Source: a bacterium (GTDB taxonomy: Bacteria > Hinthialibacterota > Hinthialibacteria > Hinthialibacterales > Hinthialibacteraceae). Taken from it: 64,000 nt of DNA. The stretch covers positions 576,001-640,000 of the forward strand of contig CAXXMV010000008.1 in the NCBI GenBank assembly GCA_963662285.2, read 5' to 3'. Positions 1-10,210 of this stretch are shown here, in pieces. The first letter of the stretch is position 1, and each line of letters starts with the position of its first letter. Under the pieces are notes generated by a model, which had not been told where the DNA came from, ran no database searches, and saw only the letters and a list, made by a program, of their open reading frames with translations. A program made the position numbers and the translations under genes.

Positions 1-193
1 ATCATCCCTTCCCTGATATGCGTTTTTCCATTTGAACGTCTGTTAGAATATAATGCGTTGAAACAGTAGATATAAGGCTCAGTAAGGCTGGATTATTCCT
101 CACCTATATATTCTTATATTTACAGAATCGATATAATCTATTCATTACTGCTTTTATCTAAGATAATACATATCTATTCTAGCGAGGCATTTA

Positions 194-2092
194 ATGAAAA
201 CTTTAAGATCATTGTTATTATGTTTGGGATTAATTATTACAACATCATCGATCCATGCGGCGCCGATACAAGACCCCGGTTCGCGTGGAGTGGATTGGGA
301 TAAAGTTAAACAGAAGGTTGCTAGCCATAAATGGGCGTCGGACATCGTTGATAACCTTAAAGATTCAGTCCACCACACCCAATCGCTTTACGAGCATCCC
401 CCGCTGGGAACCACTGGCTGGCTGCATGAGTATTACTGCGATGATGACGCCCGCAGACTTACTTTTGATCCCAAGCAACCAACCAGACACGTATGCTCTA
501 AATGCAAACGGGTTTATTCCGGGCCGCCTTATGATGACTGCTGGCGCTCCATGGTTCATTCAAACATCTCATCCGCCGCCGCCAGTGCAGGCATCCTGTA
601 CCGCATCACTGGAGAGCAGGAATGGTTAGATTATGCAAAGCAAGTTCTGCTATGGTATGCTGATAATTTCAAAAATTTTAAGCCTCATGGAGAACATGCA
701 GGAATAGGGATCATCCGCGAACAATCCCTGGACGAAGCAGCCCAGATGGTCAGACTGGCGCAGGCCTATTGGGATATCTGCCCATACCTAACTGCAGAAG
801 AACGCGAAAACATCGCCAATAATTTCCTGCTGCCTGACGCCCGCTTCATCCATAAGCAAACCAATAAAATTCATAACATCCATAGCTGGCATAACGCCGC
901 TGTTGGATTGGTGGGATACGCCGTGGGCGATAAAGAATTAGTTTCGGCGGCGATTGACGGGCCGTTTGGTCTGGTTAATCAAATACAGAAAGGCGTTAAA
1001 CAGGACGGCTTCTGGTTTGAAGGCTCCATCGGCTACCATTTCTACACCATCTCATCGCTTGAGCCTTTATATATTGCAGCGCGCGCTCAAGGACATCCAC
1101 TGGCAGGCGCCGATAAATTCAAATTGATGTTCACCGCCCTTATCGAGTTCGCCTTTGATAATGCAGAATTCCCCGCCGCCAATGACGGGTGGGTTGGGCA
1201 GTCGCTCTTGGCTAATACCAGTCAATTTGAAACTGCCGCCGGTTTATGGGATGATCCACTGATCCATTCCACTCTGGCCTATATTGCACAAGGAAAAAAA
1301 CGATCATCCCTGCCCGCTTTGTTATATGGCGTTGATGAAATTGATTCAGCGCAAACCAAAACGAGTAAAAGCGTACTATTCAAAGATTCGGGCATCGCCA
1401 TTCTCCGCAAGAATAAGGTTAACGCTTACCTGAAATTCAGTCCTTACGGCGGGGGACACGATCACCTCGACCGGCTTAACCTGATACTTTTCGGACAGGA
1501 CAATGTCATAGTTCCCGATCTGGGCACGTCGGGTTATGGCATTGATTTAAACAAATGGTTCCGCTCTTCCGCCGCCCATAACATGCTGACGGTTGATGGC
1601 CAACGGCAGCAGAAATGCGGGGGATATCTGATCTCTTATGAAGAGGACTGCGTCAAAGCCGGAGTAAAAGACGCTTACGCGGGCGTTGATATCCAGCGCG
1701 AAATTTCAATGCTGGATAACGGAATCACCGACATTATTCAAGCCAGTTCCAACGACAAGCATCAATACGACCTCTTCTATCACATTCGCGGCGACCTCAA
1801 AGAGTGCAACCTTAAACTTGAAAAAACCGGATCATTCAAGCAATCCAACGGATACGATTATCTGCGCAATATCCGTAAGGCGGACTGCCCCGGCGAACTA
1901 CGCCTGACCTGGGCTTTGCGGGACGCGCCGGGATTTATATCTTTCCATTGTAAGTCGGATCAACCATTCGAGGTTATGGTGGGCGATTGCCCTGATAACC
2001 CAGCGGATAATAAACTGGGTTTCATTATGCTGCACACTAATGATGCTAATGCTAAATGGACTACTGAAATCCATATTCAACCGCAAAAATGA
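194..2092 (+). CDS. Secreted heparinase II/III-family (PL17/oligoalginate lyase-like) polysaccharide lyase
   Basis: Signal peptide; IHNIHSWHNAA lyase motif; DGFWFEGSIGYHFY; GHDHLDRLN and AHNMLTVDG Hepar_II_III motifs. Confidence 0.85.
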   Translation: MKTLRSLLLCLGLIITTSSIHAAPIQDPGSRGVDWDKVKQKVASHKWASDIVDNLKDSVHHTQSLYEHPPLGTTGWLHEYYCDDDARRLTFDPKQPTRHVCSKCKRVYSGPPYDDCWRSMVHSNISSAAASAGILYRITGEQEWLDYAKQVLLWYADNFKNFKPHGEHAGIGIIREQSLDEAAQMVRLAQAYWDICPYLTAEERENIANNFLLPDARFIHKQTNKIHNIHSWHNAAVGLVGYAVGDKELVSAAIDGPFGLVNQIQKGVKQDGFWFEGSIGYHFYTISSLEPLYIAARAQGHPLAGADKFKLMFTALIEFAFDNAEFPAANDGWVGQSLLANTSQFETAAGLWDDPLIHSTLAYIAQGKKRSSLPALLYGVDEIDSAQTKTSKSVLFKDSGIAILRKNKVNAYLKFSPYGGGHDHLDRLNLILFGQDNVIVPDLGTSGYGIDLNKWFRSSAAHNMLTVDGQRQQKCGGYLISYEEDCVKAGVKDAYAGVDIQREISMLDNGITDIIQASSNDKHQYDLFYHIRGDLKECNLKLEKTGSFKQSNGYDYLRNIRKADCPGELRLTWALRDAPGFISFHCKSDQPFEVMVGDCPDNPADNKLGFIMLHTNDANAKWTTEIHIQPQK

Positions 2093-2128
2093 TTTGAGAA
2101 TTTAAATGGAATGTAAAAAGAGGACGTT

Positions 2129-3523
2129 ATGAACCATACCCGCAGAGATTTCATAAAAACCACTGGATTGGGAATAGCATCGGGAATGCTCTCTACAGAT
2201 GCGATGTCCAGCGAGAACCGTGTATCAACCAAGCGTCCCAATATTCTATTATTTCTACCGGATCAACACCGTTTTGACTGGATCGGAACGACGCCGCATA
2301 TCCCGGTGCGCACTCCAGCGCTGGATGCTCTAGCCCTTCGCGGCGCCCGGTTCACCCGTGCAGTCTGCCCTTCACCATTATGCGCCCCGTCACGCGCCTG
2401 TCTGGCCGCTGGCAAGGAATACGACAACTGCCGCGTAGCCAGTAATGGAGTCGATTACCCCCTCGACCAGCCCACCTTTTATACAATGTTGCGCGAGTCG
2501 GGCTACAACGTTATGGGCTGCGGCAAATTTGATCTGCACAAAGCGTCGCAAACCTGGGGGCTTGAGGGAAAGCATCTGCTGCCCGAATGGGGCTTCTCCG
2601 ACGGCATTGATAACGCTGGAAAGTGGGATGCCATCAACAGCGGCAAAGATGCTCCCAAAGACCCATACATGGCTTACCTGCATGACAGCGGCCTGGTCGA
2701 TGTTCATGTAAAAGATTTCCAGAGCAGACGCAAGGAGGGCAAGTCAGCCGCTTTCGCCACTCCCCTGCCCGACCGGGCGTATTGCGATAACTGGATCGGC
2801 CAGAATGGACTGAACCTGTTAGATAATGCCAAAACCGATCAATCCTGGTTTATGCAGGTCAATTTCACCGGCCCGCACGACCCCTGGGATATCACCCATA
2901 GCATGAAGCAGTTATATCAAGATATAAATTTTAATCAGCCCAACCGCAATACCCAGTTCACCGCCCGGCAGCATAACGAAGTAAGGCGCAATTATTCAGC
3001 TATGGTGGAGAACATCGACCGCTGGTTATCAGTCTATATCGATCAAATCAAAAAACGCGGCGAGTGGGAAAACACCCTGATCGTCTACAGCAGCGATCAT
3101 GGCGAAATGCTGGGCGACCATAACATGTGGGGCAAATCCAAACCACACCAACCATCCATCGGCATCCCGTTAACAATAGCTGGGCCTGGAGTGAAGCATG
3201 GCATAATCAGCGACGCCCTGGTCAGCCTGATGGACCTGACCGCCACCTTCCTGAACTACGCCGATCTACCCGTCCCCCAGAATATGGATAGCCGCTCGCT
3301 GATCCCTGTACTCACAGGTGCACAAACCAAACACCGGGATATCCTAAAATCCGGCCTGAACAATTGGAGAACCGTGTTCGACGGCCAATACAAACTAGTA
3401 GAAGGCTACGGTAAAACCAAAGAACCGCTGCTGTTTGATATGCTCTATGATCCTTTGGAGAATAATAATATTGCGGGGAAGGCGGAGAAACACTTAAAAA
3501 GGATGAGAGAGATGCTAGCGTGA
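2129..3523 (+). CDS. Tat-exported formylglycine-dependent sulfatase (S1)
   Basis: TRRDFIK Tat motif; RPNILLFLPDQHR; CAPSR (CxPxR); SSDHGEMLGDH. Confidence 0.92.
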   Translation: MNHTRRDFIKTTGLGIASGMLSTDAMSSENRVSTKRPNILLFLPDQHRFDWIGTTPHIPVRTPALDALALRGARFTRAVCPSPLCAPSRACLAAGKEYDNCRVASNGVDYPLDQPTFYTMLRESGYNVMGCGKFDLHKASQTWGLEGKHLLPEWGFSDGIDNAGKWDAINSGKDAPKDPYMAYLHDSGLVDVHVKDFQSRRKEGKSAAFATPLPDRAYCDNWIGQNGLNLLDNAKTDQSWFMQVNFTGPHDPWDITHSMKQLYQDINFNQPNRNTQFTARQHNEVRRNYSAMVENIDRWLSVYIDQIKKRGEWENTLIVYSSDHGEMLGDHNMWGKSKPHQPSIGIPLTIAGPGVKHGIISDALVSLMDLTATFLNYADLPVPQNMDSRSLIPVLTGAQTKHRDILKSGLNNWRTVFDGQYKLVEGYGKTKEPLLFDMLYDPLENNNIAGKAEKHLKRMREMLA

Positions 3524-3708
3524 GTTTACTACGAAAAAGTTTCTTGATGCGGATGGGCGCCAAGGGCAAGACCTCAATGTGTCCAGCCCTTTTTGCTATT
3601 ACTTATGTTATTGAATTCCCTCAAGGATTGGTTTTGCTACGGTCAACTCTTAATCGAGGTGTGTATAGAAGAGCCAAACGCATTATATCCCATAGCCAGA
3701 ATCCCTTC

Positions 3709-4020
3709 TTAAGGTAACAAATTCTTGATTTTAACGTGGGTTTGGTCTGGAGTTTTGATAAAAATTTCCAATTCACATCCCATTGCTTCAACATAGTTAT
3801 TTAAGGTTGACAATAACATATCGGGACGATTCTCGAGGTTGGAAACGCTTACTTGCTTAACGCTCAGGTTTTCAGCAAGATCGTTTTGCGTCAATTTGAG
3901 TCCTTTACGCAATTCCTGGAGAGTTTGATATTCTGTTATATATTCGTCCGCTTTCGCCTTAATCTCTTTTTGGCGTTTAGGAGAGATTTCTTTCATCACA
4001 TCTTTTAAAGGAATTCCCAT
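3709..4020 (-). CDS. XRE-HTH antitoxin (HigA-like)
   Basis: LQELRKGLKLTQNDLAENLSVKQVSVSNLE HTH; lies directly downstream of the toxin. Confidence 0.85.
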   Translation of the reverse strand: MGIPLKDVMKEISPKRQKEIKAKADEYITEYQTLQELRKGLKLTQNDLAENLSVKQVSVSNLENRPDMLLSTLNNYVEAMGCELEIFIKTPDQTHVKIKNLLP

Positions 4021-4021
4021 T

Positions 4022-4381
4022 TCAACAGCCTTTCTTTAACTCAGACAAATGTTCATCAAAACGCTTATCCGCTTTCCTTATTAAATCCATATAAAAAAGT
4101 TTAGCGTTCCTACCTGCTTTATCTCCCGCCACTAACAAAACAGCTTTTCTTTCGGGATCGAAAGCAAAAGCTACACGCCAAACTCCATCGTCAACATCCA
4201 GCCTGAGTTCCTTCATATTCGCATGCCTAGAATTCTTCAGGGTATCAATATGCGGTCGACCCAGCCGGGGACCAACTACCTCAAGTAATAAAGATTTAGC
4301 AAGAATGTGATCCTGCAATTTCCCGGAGTATTCTCTGAATTCAACCAAAAAAGCAGGATGAAATTCTACTTTCCATTTCAT
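4022..4381 (-). CDS. RelE/ParE-superfamily toxin (HigB/Gp49-like)
   Basis: GPRLGRPHIDTLKNSRHANMKELR, WRVAFAFDPERKAVLLVAGDK; toxin-first order. Confidence 0.88.
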   Translation of the reverse strand: MKWKVEFHPAFLVEFREYSGKLQDHILAKSLLLEVVGPRLGRPHIDTLKNSRHANMKELRLDVDDGVWRVAFAFDPERKAVLLVAGDKAGRNAKLFYMDLIRKADKRFDEHLSELKKGC

Positions 4382-4557
4382 AAATTATAACCTGTAAGAT
4401 ATATAGTGCATAGGCTATATTTGACTAATCTTATTAGAATTACTAGTACGAATGGGCGCCAAGAGCAATATAGTAATTCAAAATCCCCCAAAAGACGATA
4501 TATATTCAAATCACCCCACCCCTTCAAAAATCCAAAAATCCGGTATATAAAAAAGCC

Positions 4558-5139
4558 ATGAAAATACCAATAATCATAAGTTTAATCTTAGCAATTCTAA
4601 TTGCCATCGCGGTTGTTACGTTGTTGGTTTTGCCAAAAAAGGCAATCACTGAAGCGGAACAATTAGAGTTTGATATTATTAAAGCTCTGAGCGATCAATC
4701 CAAAGTCAAAGCGCAGAGCCAAAATGAGTTTTTTGAGGATAATCTGCCTGAGCGTCCCCGTATTGCAGGTACAGTAGCCAGAGGTGAGTGGAGCGCTAAT
4801 CCCATGATTCTCAATGGGACGCTCAATGGTCAATGGGCTGCCGTTATCCCCATAAAAATCACGCCTTCGTTTACCGAGCAAGGCAAGAAGCAATATGCCG
4901 TGTTTTGCGCGTCATGTCATGGCGACCTTGGAGAGGGCGACGGACCAGTAGCGCTTCATACCCGAAAGAACAGTTCATTCGATTCCCCTCCCTCTATAAC
5001 GGGAAAATCCATAACCCAAAAACCCGTAGGCTATTATTTCAACCTAATTTCCAAAGGCGGCGCCAAAATGCCCGCCTTCAGCGGAAAAATATCGCCCCAG
5101 GATAGATGGGCAATCCTCTCCTACATAAAATCCCTTTGA
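4558..5139 (+). CDS. Membrane-anchored monoheme cytochrome c (ActE-like)
   Basis: N-terminal TM helix; CASCH heme motif; GTVARG; distal MPAF...DRWAILSYI. Confidence 0.85.
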   Translation: MKIPIIISLILAILIAIAVVTLLVLPKKAITEAEQLEFDIIKALSDQSKVKAQSQNEFFEDNLPERPRIAGTVARGEWSANPMILNGTLNGQWAAVIPIKITPSFTEQGKKQYAVFCASCHGDLGEGDGPVALHTRKNSSFDSPPSITGKSITQKPVGYYFNLISKGGAKMPAFSGKISPQDRWAILSYIKSL

Positions 5140-5174
5140 AAGATTGCCTCTGTGGATAGTGGATAGTGGGGAGT

Positions 5175-5199
5175 GGGGAGCATCGGCTTCCAGCCGGTG
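5175..5199 (+). repeat. REP-like family B copy (GGGGAGCATCGGCTTCYAGCCGGTG)
   Basis: Near-identical copies at 8913(+), 10233(-), 10331(-, partial), 34459(+), 34709(-); internal CGGCT..AGCCG hairpin. Confidence 0.85.
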
Positions 5200-5418
5200 T
5201 GCGTCAAATTGGATTAAATCATATCACTCCGACCAATACTAATTAATAACTATACTAGCCGATCAAATAACTCAAACGATAATTATTGTTGAAGCATGCG
5301 GGACTTTTCAGATTAGCTAGAACGAACGTCCTAGGAAAACGCTAACAAAACAGTATAATTAATCCCGATCTGAAATCCCGCGAAAAATCTTCTATATACA
5401 TTTGCCAGGAGAATCATC

Positions 5419-6540
5419 GTGTTTCGTAAAAATTCGTCCAATCGACGTGACTTTTTCCAGGGCGGCATGAATCAATTCTGGAACCGGATATCCGGCCCTT
5501 CAGAATCTTCCGCCGCACAAGGAATTAGTGAATCCCTCGCCTTTCTAGGTTTGGACAAAACCTACGTCCGCCTACGCCGCGAGGCCATGTCGACTGACAT
5601 CGAAGTGCTCTATTGCAACTACGAAAAGATGGAAAAACGGCGCACAGGGATGAAAATCCTCGCCGAAATCGATTATTACGATGAACTTCTCAATATCTGG
5701 AAAGGCGAATCTGATCTCAACGCCATAAATGAGACCGCCGCCAAGGAACCGGTAACGGTTTGCGACGACATCTACCGGATGATAAAACTGGCGAAAAAGT
5801 TTTATGCTCAAACCAATGGCGCCTTTGATATCACCGCCACTCCATTGGTGCGCTGTTGGGGATTTTTTAATCGCGCAGGCCGCGTTCCAGAACAAAAGGA
5901 GATCGATAAAGCGCTGGAATGCGTAGGGATGGATTACGTTGAACTCAATGATAGAAAAAAAACAGTTTACTTTACAAAACCTGGAGTAGAATTAACCCCG
6001 GCCAGTATGGGTAAAGGATACGCCCTGGATTGCGCTGTCAAAGTATCGCGTGAAAACGGCCTCAAGACAGTATTGATCAACGGAGGCTTCAGCAGCGTTA
6101 TCGCTTCGGGAGCGCCAAAATGGCGCGATTCGTGGCAAATCGATATTCGCAACCCATTCGATCATAATAATCCCCTGGCCCGCGTAAAATTGCTTAATCA
6201 AGGTTTCTCTTCTTCCGGGACGGAAATCCAGAAGTTCGAACATCAAGGAAAATCATACGGGCATATCATCGATCCCCGCACCGGATGGCCTGTAAATAAC
6301 ATGGTTAACGTCTGCGTCACAGCGCCGACAGCAGCCGAAGCGGAAGCCTTATCCACCGCTTTCCATGTGATGGGGGTTGAGAAAACATTAGAATACTGTG
6401 AAAATCACAAAGAAATCGGAGTTATGATTCTTCGCACCCCTGACGAAAAGGGACGCGCCAAGTTCATTACCTCGAATCTTAATAATGACCGCGTGGAGGT
6501 ATTAAGATCATCGTGTCAAGTTTGCCGCGTTACAACCTAA
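5419..6540 (+). CDS. apbE: FAD:protein FMN transferase
   Basis: AMST, TNGAFDIT, MGKGYALD, GHIIDPRTGWP, AEALSTAF motifs. Confidence 0.9.
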   Translation: MFRKNSSNRRDFFQGGMNQFWNRISGPSESSAAQGISESLAFLGLDKTYVRLRREAMSTDIEVLYCNYEKMEKRRTGMKILAEIDYYDELLNIWKGESDLNAINETAAKEPVTVCDDIYRMIKLAKKFYAQTNGAFDITATPLVRCWGFFNRAGRVPEQKEIDKALECVGMDYVELNDRKKTVYFTKPGVELTPASMGKGYALDCAVKVSRENGLKTVLINGGFSSVIASGAPKWRDSWQIDIRNPFDHNNPLARVKLLNQGFSSSGTEIQKFEHQGKSYGHIIDPRTGWPVNNMVNVCVTAPTAAEAEALSTAFHVMGVEKTLEYCENHKEIGVMILRTPDEKGRAKFITSNLNNDRVEVLRSSCQVCRVTT

Positions 6541-7121
6541 CTGGAGTCCAGCAATTCTTTTTCGTATTGCTGCGGATCGGTATCGGTTGGCATTTCCTGC
6601 GTGAAGGAATCGTGAAACTCTCACATCCTACCTGGAGCGCCATCGGATATCTGAATGGTTCATGGGGACCACTATCAGGTCTATATCACTGGATTGGCCA
6701 AAATGAGTTAATGCTGAATATATCCAATTTCTGCATGCCATGGGCGTTAACTCTAGTCGGACTGGGATTAATGCTTGGTTTGTTTACAAGGTTATCCATC
6801 TTAGGCGCCGTAGGCCTTTTGGTGATGTTTTACACAGCCGCCCCCCCTATCGAGGCTATGCCTCCTTACGAAGCATGGGGCGTTGAAGGCTTTAAGTTTG
6901 CGCCTTATATGATCTCGTTGCAACATGCCCAATGGGCTGGTCAGCACATGATCGGTTGCGAAGGCAACTATATGCTGGTTAACAAAAACCTGCTCGAGAT
7001 GCTAGCTCTGTTCGCTCTGTTGACGGTTAACACTGGAATGAGTTGCGGACTAGATGTTTATGTTCGACGCTTCTTCTGCAAAGAAGAAAAATCATCAGTT
7101 CCTAAACCAGCGGAATCTTGA
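6513..7121 (+). CDS. DoxX/DoxD-family membrane protein
   Basis: LRIGIGWHFLREGIVK; GLGLMLGLFTR; EGNYMLVNKNLLE; overlaps the apbE end. Confidence 0.85.
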   Translation: MSSLPRYNLTGVQQFFFVLLRIGIGWHFLREGIVKLSHPTWSAIGYLNGSWGPLSGLYHWIGQNELMLNISNFCMPWALTLVGLGLMLGLFTRLSILGAVGLLVMFYTAAPPIEAMPPYEAWGVEGFKFAPYMISLQHAQWAGQHMIGCEGNYMLVNKNLLEMLALFALLTVNTGMSCGLDVYVRRFFCKEEKSSVPKPAES

Positions 7122-7210
7122 TTACAAGAGACATTAAGGCATAATCAATAAGTTATACAAAATCAATAAGATAATCAAAAATATTTGGATATATAAGAAA
7201 GGAACACATC

Positions 7211-8626
7211 ATGCAGTTGACTGAAGCTGATAAAGCGATAGGCCGCAGGAATTTTCTCAAAGCTGCGGCGGCTCTCCCAGCCGTTGGGGCGTTTGCATAT
7301 ACCGCCGCACATGCTGGACCTCTTAAAATTGGAGTAGTTGGAACAGGAGCGGAAGGTCGCATCCTGATTAATTCCATGAACCGCAAGTACAACCAGATCG
7401 TGGCTATGTGCGATATCCGTCCTGACAACAGTGAATTTGGCGAATGGACCATTGTTCAAGCAGGGCATGCCAAAAAAGGCGAATTACGTCTTTATACCGA
7501 TTACAAGGAACTTTGCCGCGACCCGGAAGTAGAAGCTATAGTAATCGCGACTCCTCTTCATACTCACGCTCCCATCGCCATAGAAGCCATGAAAAACGGC
7601 AAGCACGTTATGACCGAAAAAACCATGGCTTTCTCGGTTGCAGAGTGCGAAGAGATGATCAAGGTTTCTGAAGAAAATAACGTCAACCTTCAGGTGGGTC
7701 ACATGCGCTTCTACAACCCGCTGTATTGGGACGCTTTCCGCATGATGAAAGATGGCATGTTGGGCAATGTTTACCACGTCCGCGCTATGTGGCACCGTAA
7801 CACCGACTGGAACTATTGGGCGCATGTCGAAAACAAAAAATACTACAACATGATCGCCAAGGGATTCGATCCTACGCAGTTTGGCTACAAAGACCTCCAG
7901 CACATGATCAACTGGCGCTGGTACAAAGAGACCTCTCATGGTCTTTGGACCGAACTTTGCAGCCATCAGATCGCTATCACCAACTGGTTGTTCGGCGACA
8001 AAGACGGCGATGTTCTTCCTACTTCCGTTATGGCTACTGGCGGAAAATACAAGAGCTTCGCCGATCAGGAAGAATTGAAATACTACGAGATGAAATTCAA
8101 CAAGAATGACCTCAAGTGGAAATTCAACTACACCAAAAAAGATGACGATGAAAAGACTATCAACGATCACATCTACGCCATCTTCCAGTATCCCAAAAAC
8201 CGTACAGTAACCTATTCAGCCCTACAGAGTAACTCGCTGGATAACTGCTACGAACAAATCATGGGTACTTACGCCACCATCATCCTGGCCAATGAGAACG
8301 AATACTATCTCTATTGGGAACCGGGTTGGGATGAAACCAAAGCCAAGAAAGCCGCTGAAGGCCAGGCTACTGAAGTCGAAATGAGTGAAGAGAACAAAGA
8401 AGGTTCAGCTATGTCAGCCCACGAATCCGCCAAAGCAACTGGCGGCGGCGGCGCTTCCGACATGAGCCCGACCGAGCCTTACACATACGAACTGATGGGC
8501 TTCGCCGACACTATCCGTCGCGGCGCTCCAAACCTATGCGATGGAAAACGCGGCATGATGGCAGCCAAAGCCGTCTATGCTGCACAGGAAGCATTGAAAA
8601 CCGGAAAGCCAGTAAAAATTTCCTAA
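7211..8626 (+). CDS. Tat-exported Gfo/Idh/MocA oxidoreductase
   Basis: GRRNFLK; IGVVGTG; IATPLHTH; EKTMA; ELCSHQ. Confidence 0.9.
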   Translation: MQLTEADKAIGRRNFLKAAAALPAVGAFAYTAAHAGPLKIGVVGTGAEGRILINSMNRKYNQIVAMCDIRPDNSEFGEWTIVQAGHAKKGELRLYTDYKELCRDPEVEAIVIATPLHTHAPIAIEAMKNGKHVMTEKTMAFSVAECEEMIKVSEENNVNLQVGHMRFYNPLYWDAFRMMKDGMLGNVYHVRAMWHRNTDWNYWAHVENKKYYNMIAKGFDPTQFGYKDLQHMINWRWYKETSHGLWTELCSHQIAITNWLFGDKDGDVLPTSVMATGGKYKSFADQEELKYYEMKFNKNDLKWKFNYTKKDDDEKTINDHIYAIFQYPKNRTVTYSALQSNSLDNCYEQIMGTYATIILANENEYYLYWEPGWDETKAKKAAEGQATEVEMSEENKEGSAMSAHESAKATGGGGASDMSPTEPYTYELMGFADTIRRGAPNLCDGKRGMMAAKAVYAAQEALKTGKPVKIS

Positions 8627-8655
8627 TTCAGGCTTCCAACTGTTGCAAAAACAAT

Positions 8656-8687
8656 ATCCCCGGCCTGCAAAGGCCGGGGATTTTTTT
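8656..8687 (+). terminator. Rho-independent terminator
   Basis: ATCCCCGGCC-TGCAAA-GGCCGGGGAT stem followed by a T-run, just after the Gfo/Idh/MocA stop. Confidence 0.88.
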
Positions 8688-8821
8688 CTATTAATTTCTT
8701 TCATCTAAACCCACAATAAATATCCTTATAAATTACTTATATTATTAATCTTAACCTAAATAACATTATACCAATTATAACCATATTAAATAGATAGACT
8801 CTCCCTTGGTCTATGACGCAA

Positions 8822-8885
8822 GGGCGCCAAGGGTAGTGTATTTTCTACCCTTGAAAGCCACTTATGTTTTATTAAATCACCCAAG
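8822..8885 (+). repeat. REP-like family A hairpin element (GGGYGCCAAGGGYA..TRCCCTTG)
   Basis: Inverted ~65-bp copies at 9621-9684, 9885-9948, 10149-10212; related cores at 3553, 4452, 8976, 14444-14482, 14873-14906, 48461. Confidence 0.8.
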
Positions 8886-9096
8886 CTTAGTGGGTAACGG
8901 GTATTCTGGAGCGGGGAGCATCGGCTTCTAGCCGGTGCGTCAAAGCAAAAGAAACCTTCCTCACCCCGCAATACTCTTGGCGCCCATCTATTTTTGTATT
9001 TTTGGTTATTTTAATGCATAGTTTGGACGTGACAAATTTTATTTGTCCGAAAATTAATGTTATTATTGCTATCTGACTATTTATTAAAGTCAGATG

Positions 9097-9462
9097 TTAT
9101 CTTTTTATGACTAATCCGCTTTGCAAATCCTCTGGGCGAAGCGGATTTTGGTATTCTTTGCCACTCTTCTTTGATGGAGTGAAGGATAAAACCGAGTCAT
9201 CAAAAGGTTTTGCCTCTGGTTTTGAAGTGAGGCTTTTTTTAAGACCAGCAGAATCTTTTATAGCCGTATCTGTCTGTTTTTCAATGGTTTTTATAAATGT
9301 TGCCCGTGTCTTAATTGATGAACAGAAGAATTGAAACAGTGATCTTGAAATACATTTTTCAAAATCAAAAGTCTTTCGGATAATATCGGCCATTTTGTCG
9401 ATGCAGAAATCCAGGGTGGCTATAATTTTGGCGTTTAATTGGTTTGACATTACAGCGTCCAT
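9097..9462 (-). CDS. Hypothetical protein (121 aa, MDAVMSNQLNAK...)
   Basis: AAGGAG RBS before ATG 9462; the ORF-track extension to 9621 runs through promoter and repeat DNA. Confidence 0.6.
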   Translation of the reverse strand: MDAVMSNQLNAKIIATLDFCIDKMADIIRKTFDFEKCISRSLFQFFCSSIKTRATFIKTIEKQTDTAIKDSAGLKKSLTSKPEAKPFDDSVLSFTPSKKSGKEYQNPLRPEDLQSGLVIKR

Positions 9463-10210
9463 GATATTTCTCCTTAGTTTAATTGGATGATACGTTAATA
9501 GGCAAGAATTGTGCCATAAAGTGAACGTTTGTTTAGTCGGGAGTAGTTTATTTTCGCTGGTGGATTTTTGGTGGATTAGTGAGATTGATCTTACACATAG
9601 GTTCTCCTTGGCGCCCGGCATTGGTGATTTATTAAATCATTAGTGGCTTTCAAGGGTAGAAAGGACACTACCCTTGGCACCCGCTAGAATCTTGGCGTTT
9701 AATTGGTTTGACATTACAGCATCCATGATATTTCTCCTTAGTTTAATTGGATGATACGTTAGTAGGCAAGAATTGTGCCATACAGTGAACGTTTGTTTAT
9801 CCGGGAGTAGTTTATTTTCGCTGGTGGATTTTTGGTGGATTAGTGAGATTGATCTTACACATAGGTTCTCCTTGGCGCCCGGCATTGGTGATTTATTAAA
9901 TCATTAGTGGCTTTCAAGGGTAGAAAAGACACTACCCTTGGCACCCGCTAGAATCTTGGCGTTTAATTGGTTTGACATTACAGCATCCATGATATTTCTC
10001 CTTAGTTTAATTGGATGATACGTTAGTAGGCAAGAATTGCGCCATACAGTGAACGTTTGTTTATCCGGGAGTAGTTTATTTTCGCTGGTGGATTTTTGGT
10101 GGATTAGTGAGATTGATCTTACACATAGGTTCTCCTTGGCGCCCGGCATTGGTGATTTATTAAATCATTAGTGGCTTTCAAGGGTAGAAAGGACACTACC
10201 CTTGGCACCC
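9419..10210. repeat. Tandem triplication, 264-bp unit (promoter + RBS + first 14 codons + REP-A)
   Basis: Units start at 9419, 9683, 9947; a few SNPs distinguish them; GC microhomology at 10211-10212. Confidence 0.95.
9502..9516 (-). promoter_or_regulatory. sigma54 -24/-12 promoter (copies at 9766-9780 and 10030-10044)
   Basis: Minus strand TGGCAC-AATTC-TTGC matches the TGGCAC-N5-TTGC consensus, about 40 nt upstream of ATG 9462; third copy reads TGGCGC. Confidence 0.7.

Noticed and set aside
9640-10149. 81-aa ORFs and the 174-aa extension in the ORF track
   Set aside because: Their first 53 codons cross promoter/REP DNA; the RBS sits before the internal MDAV start
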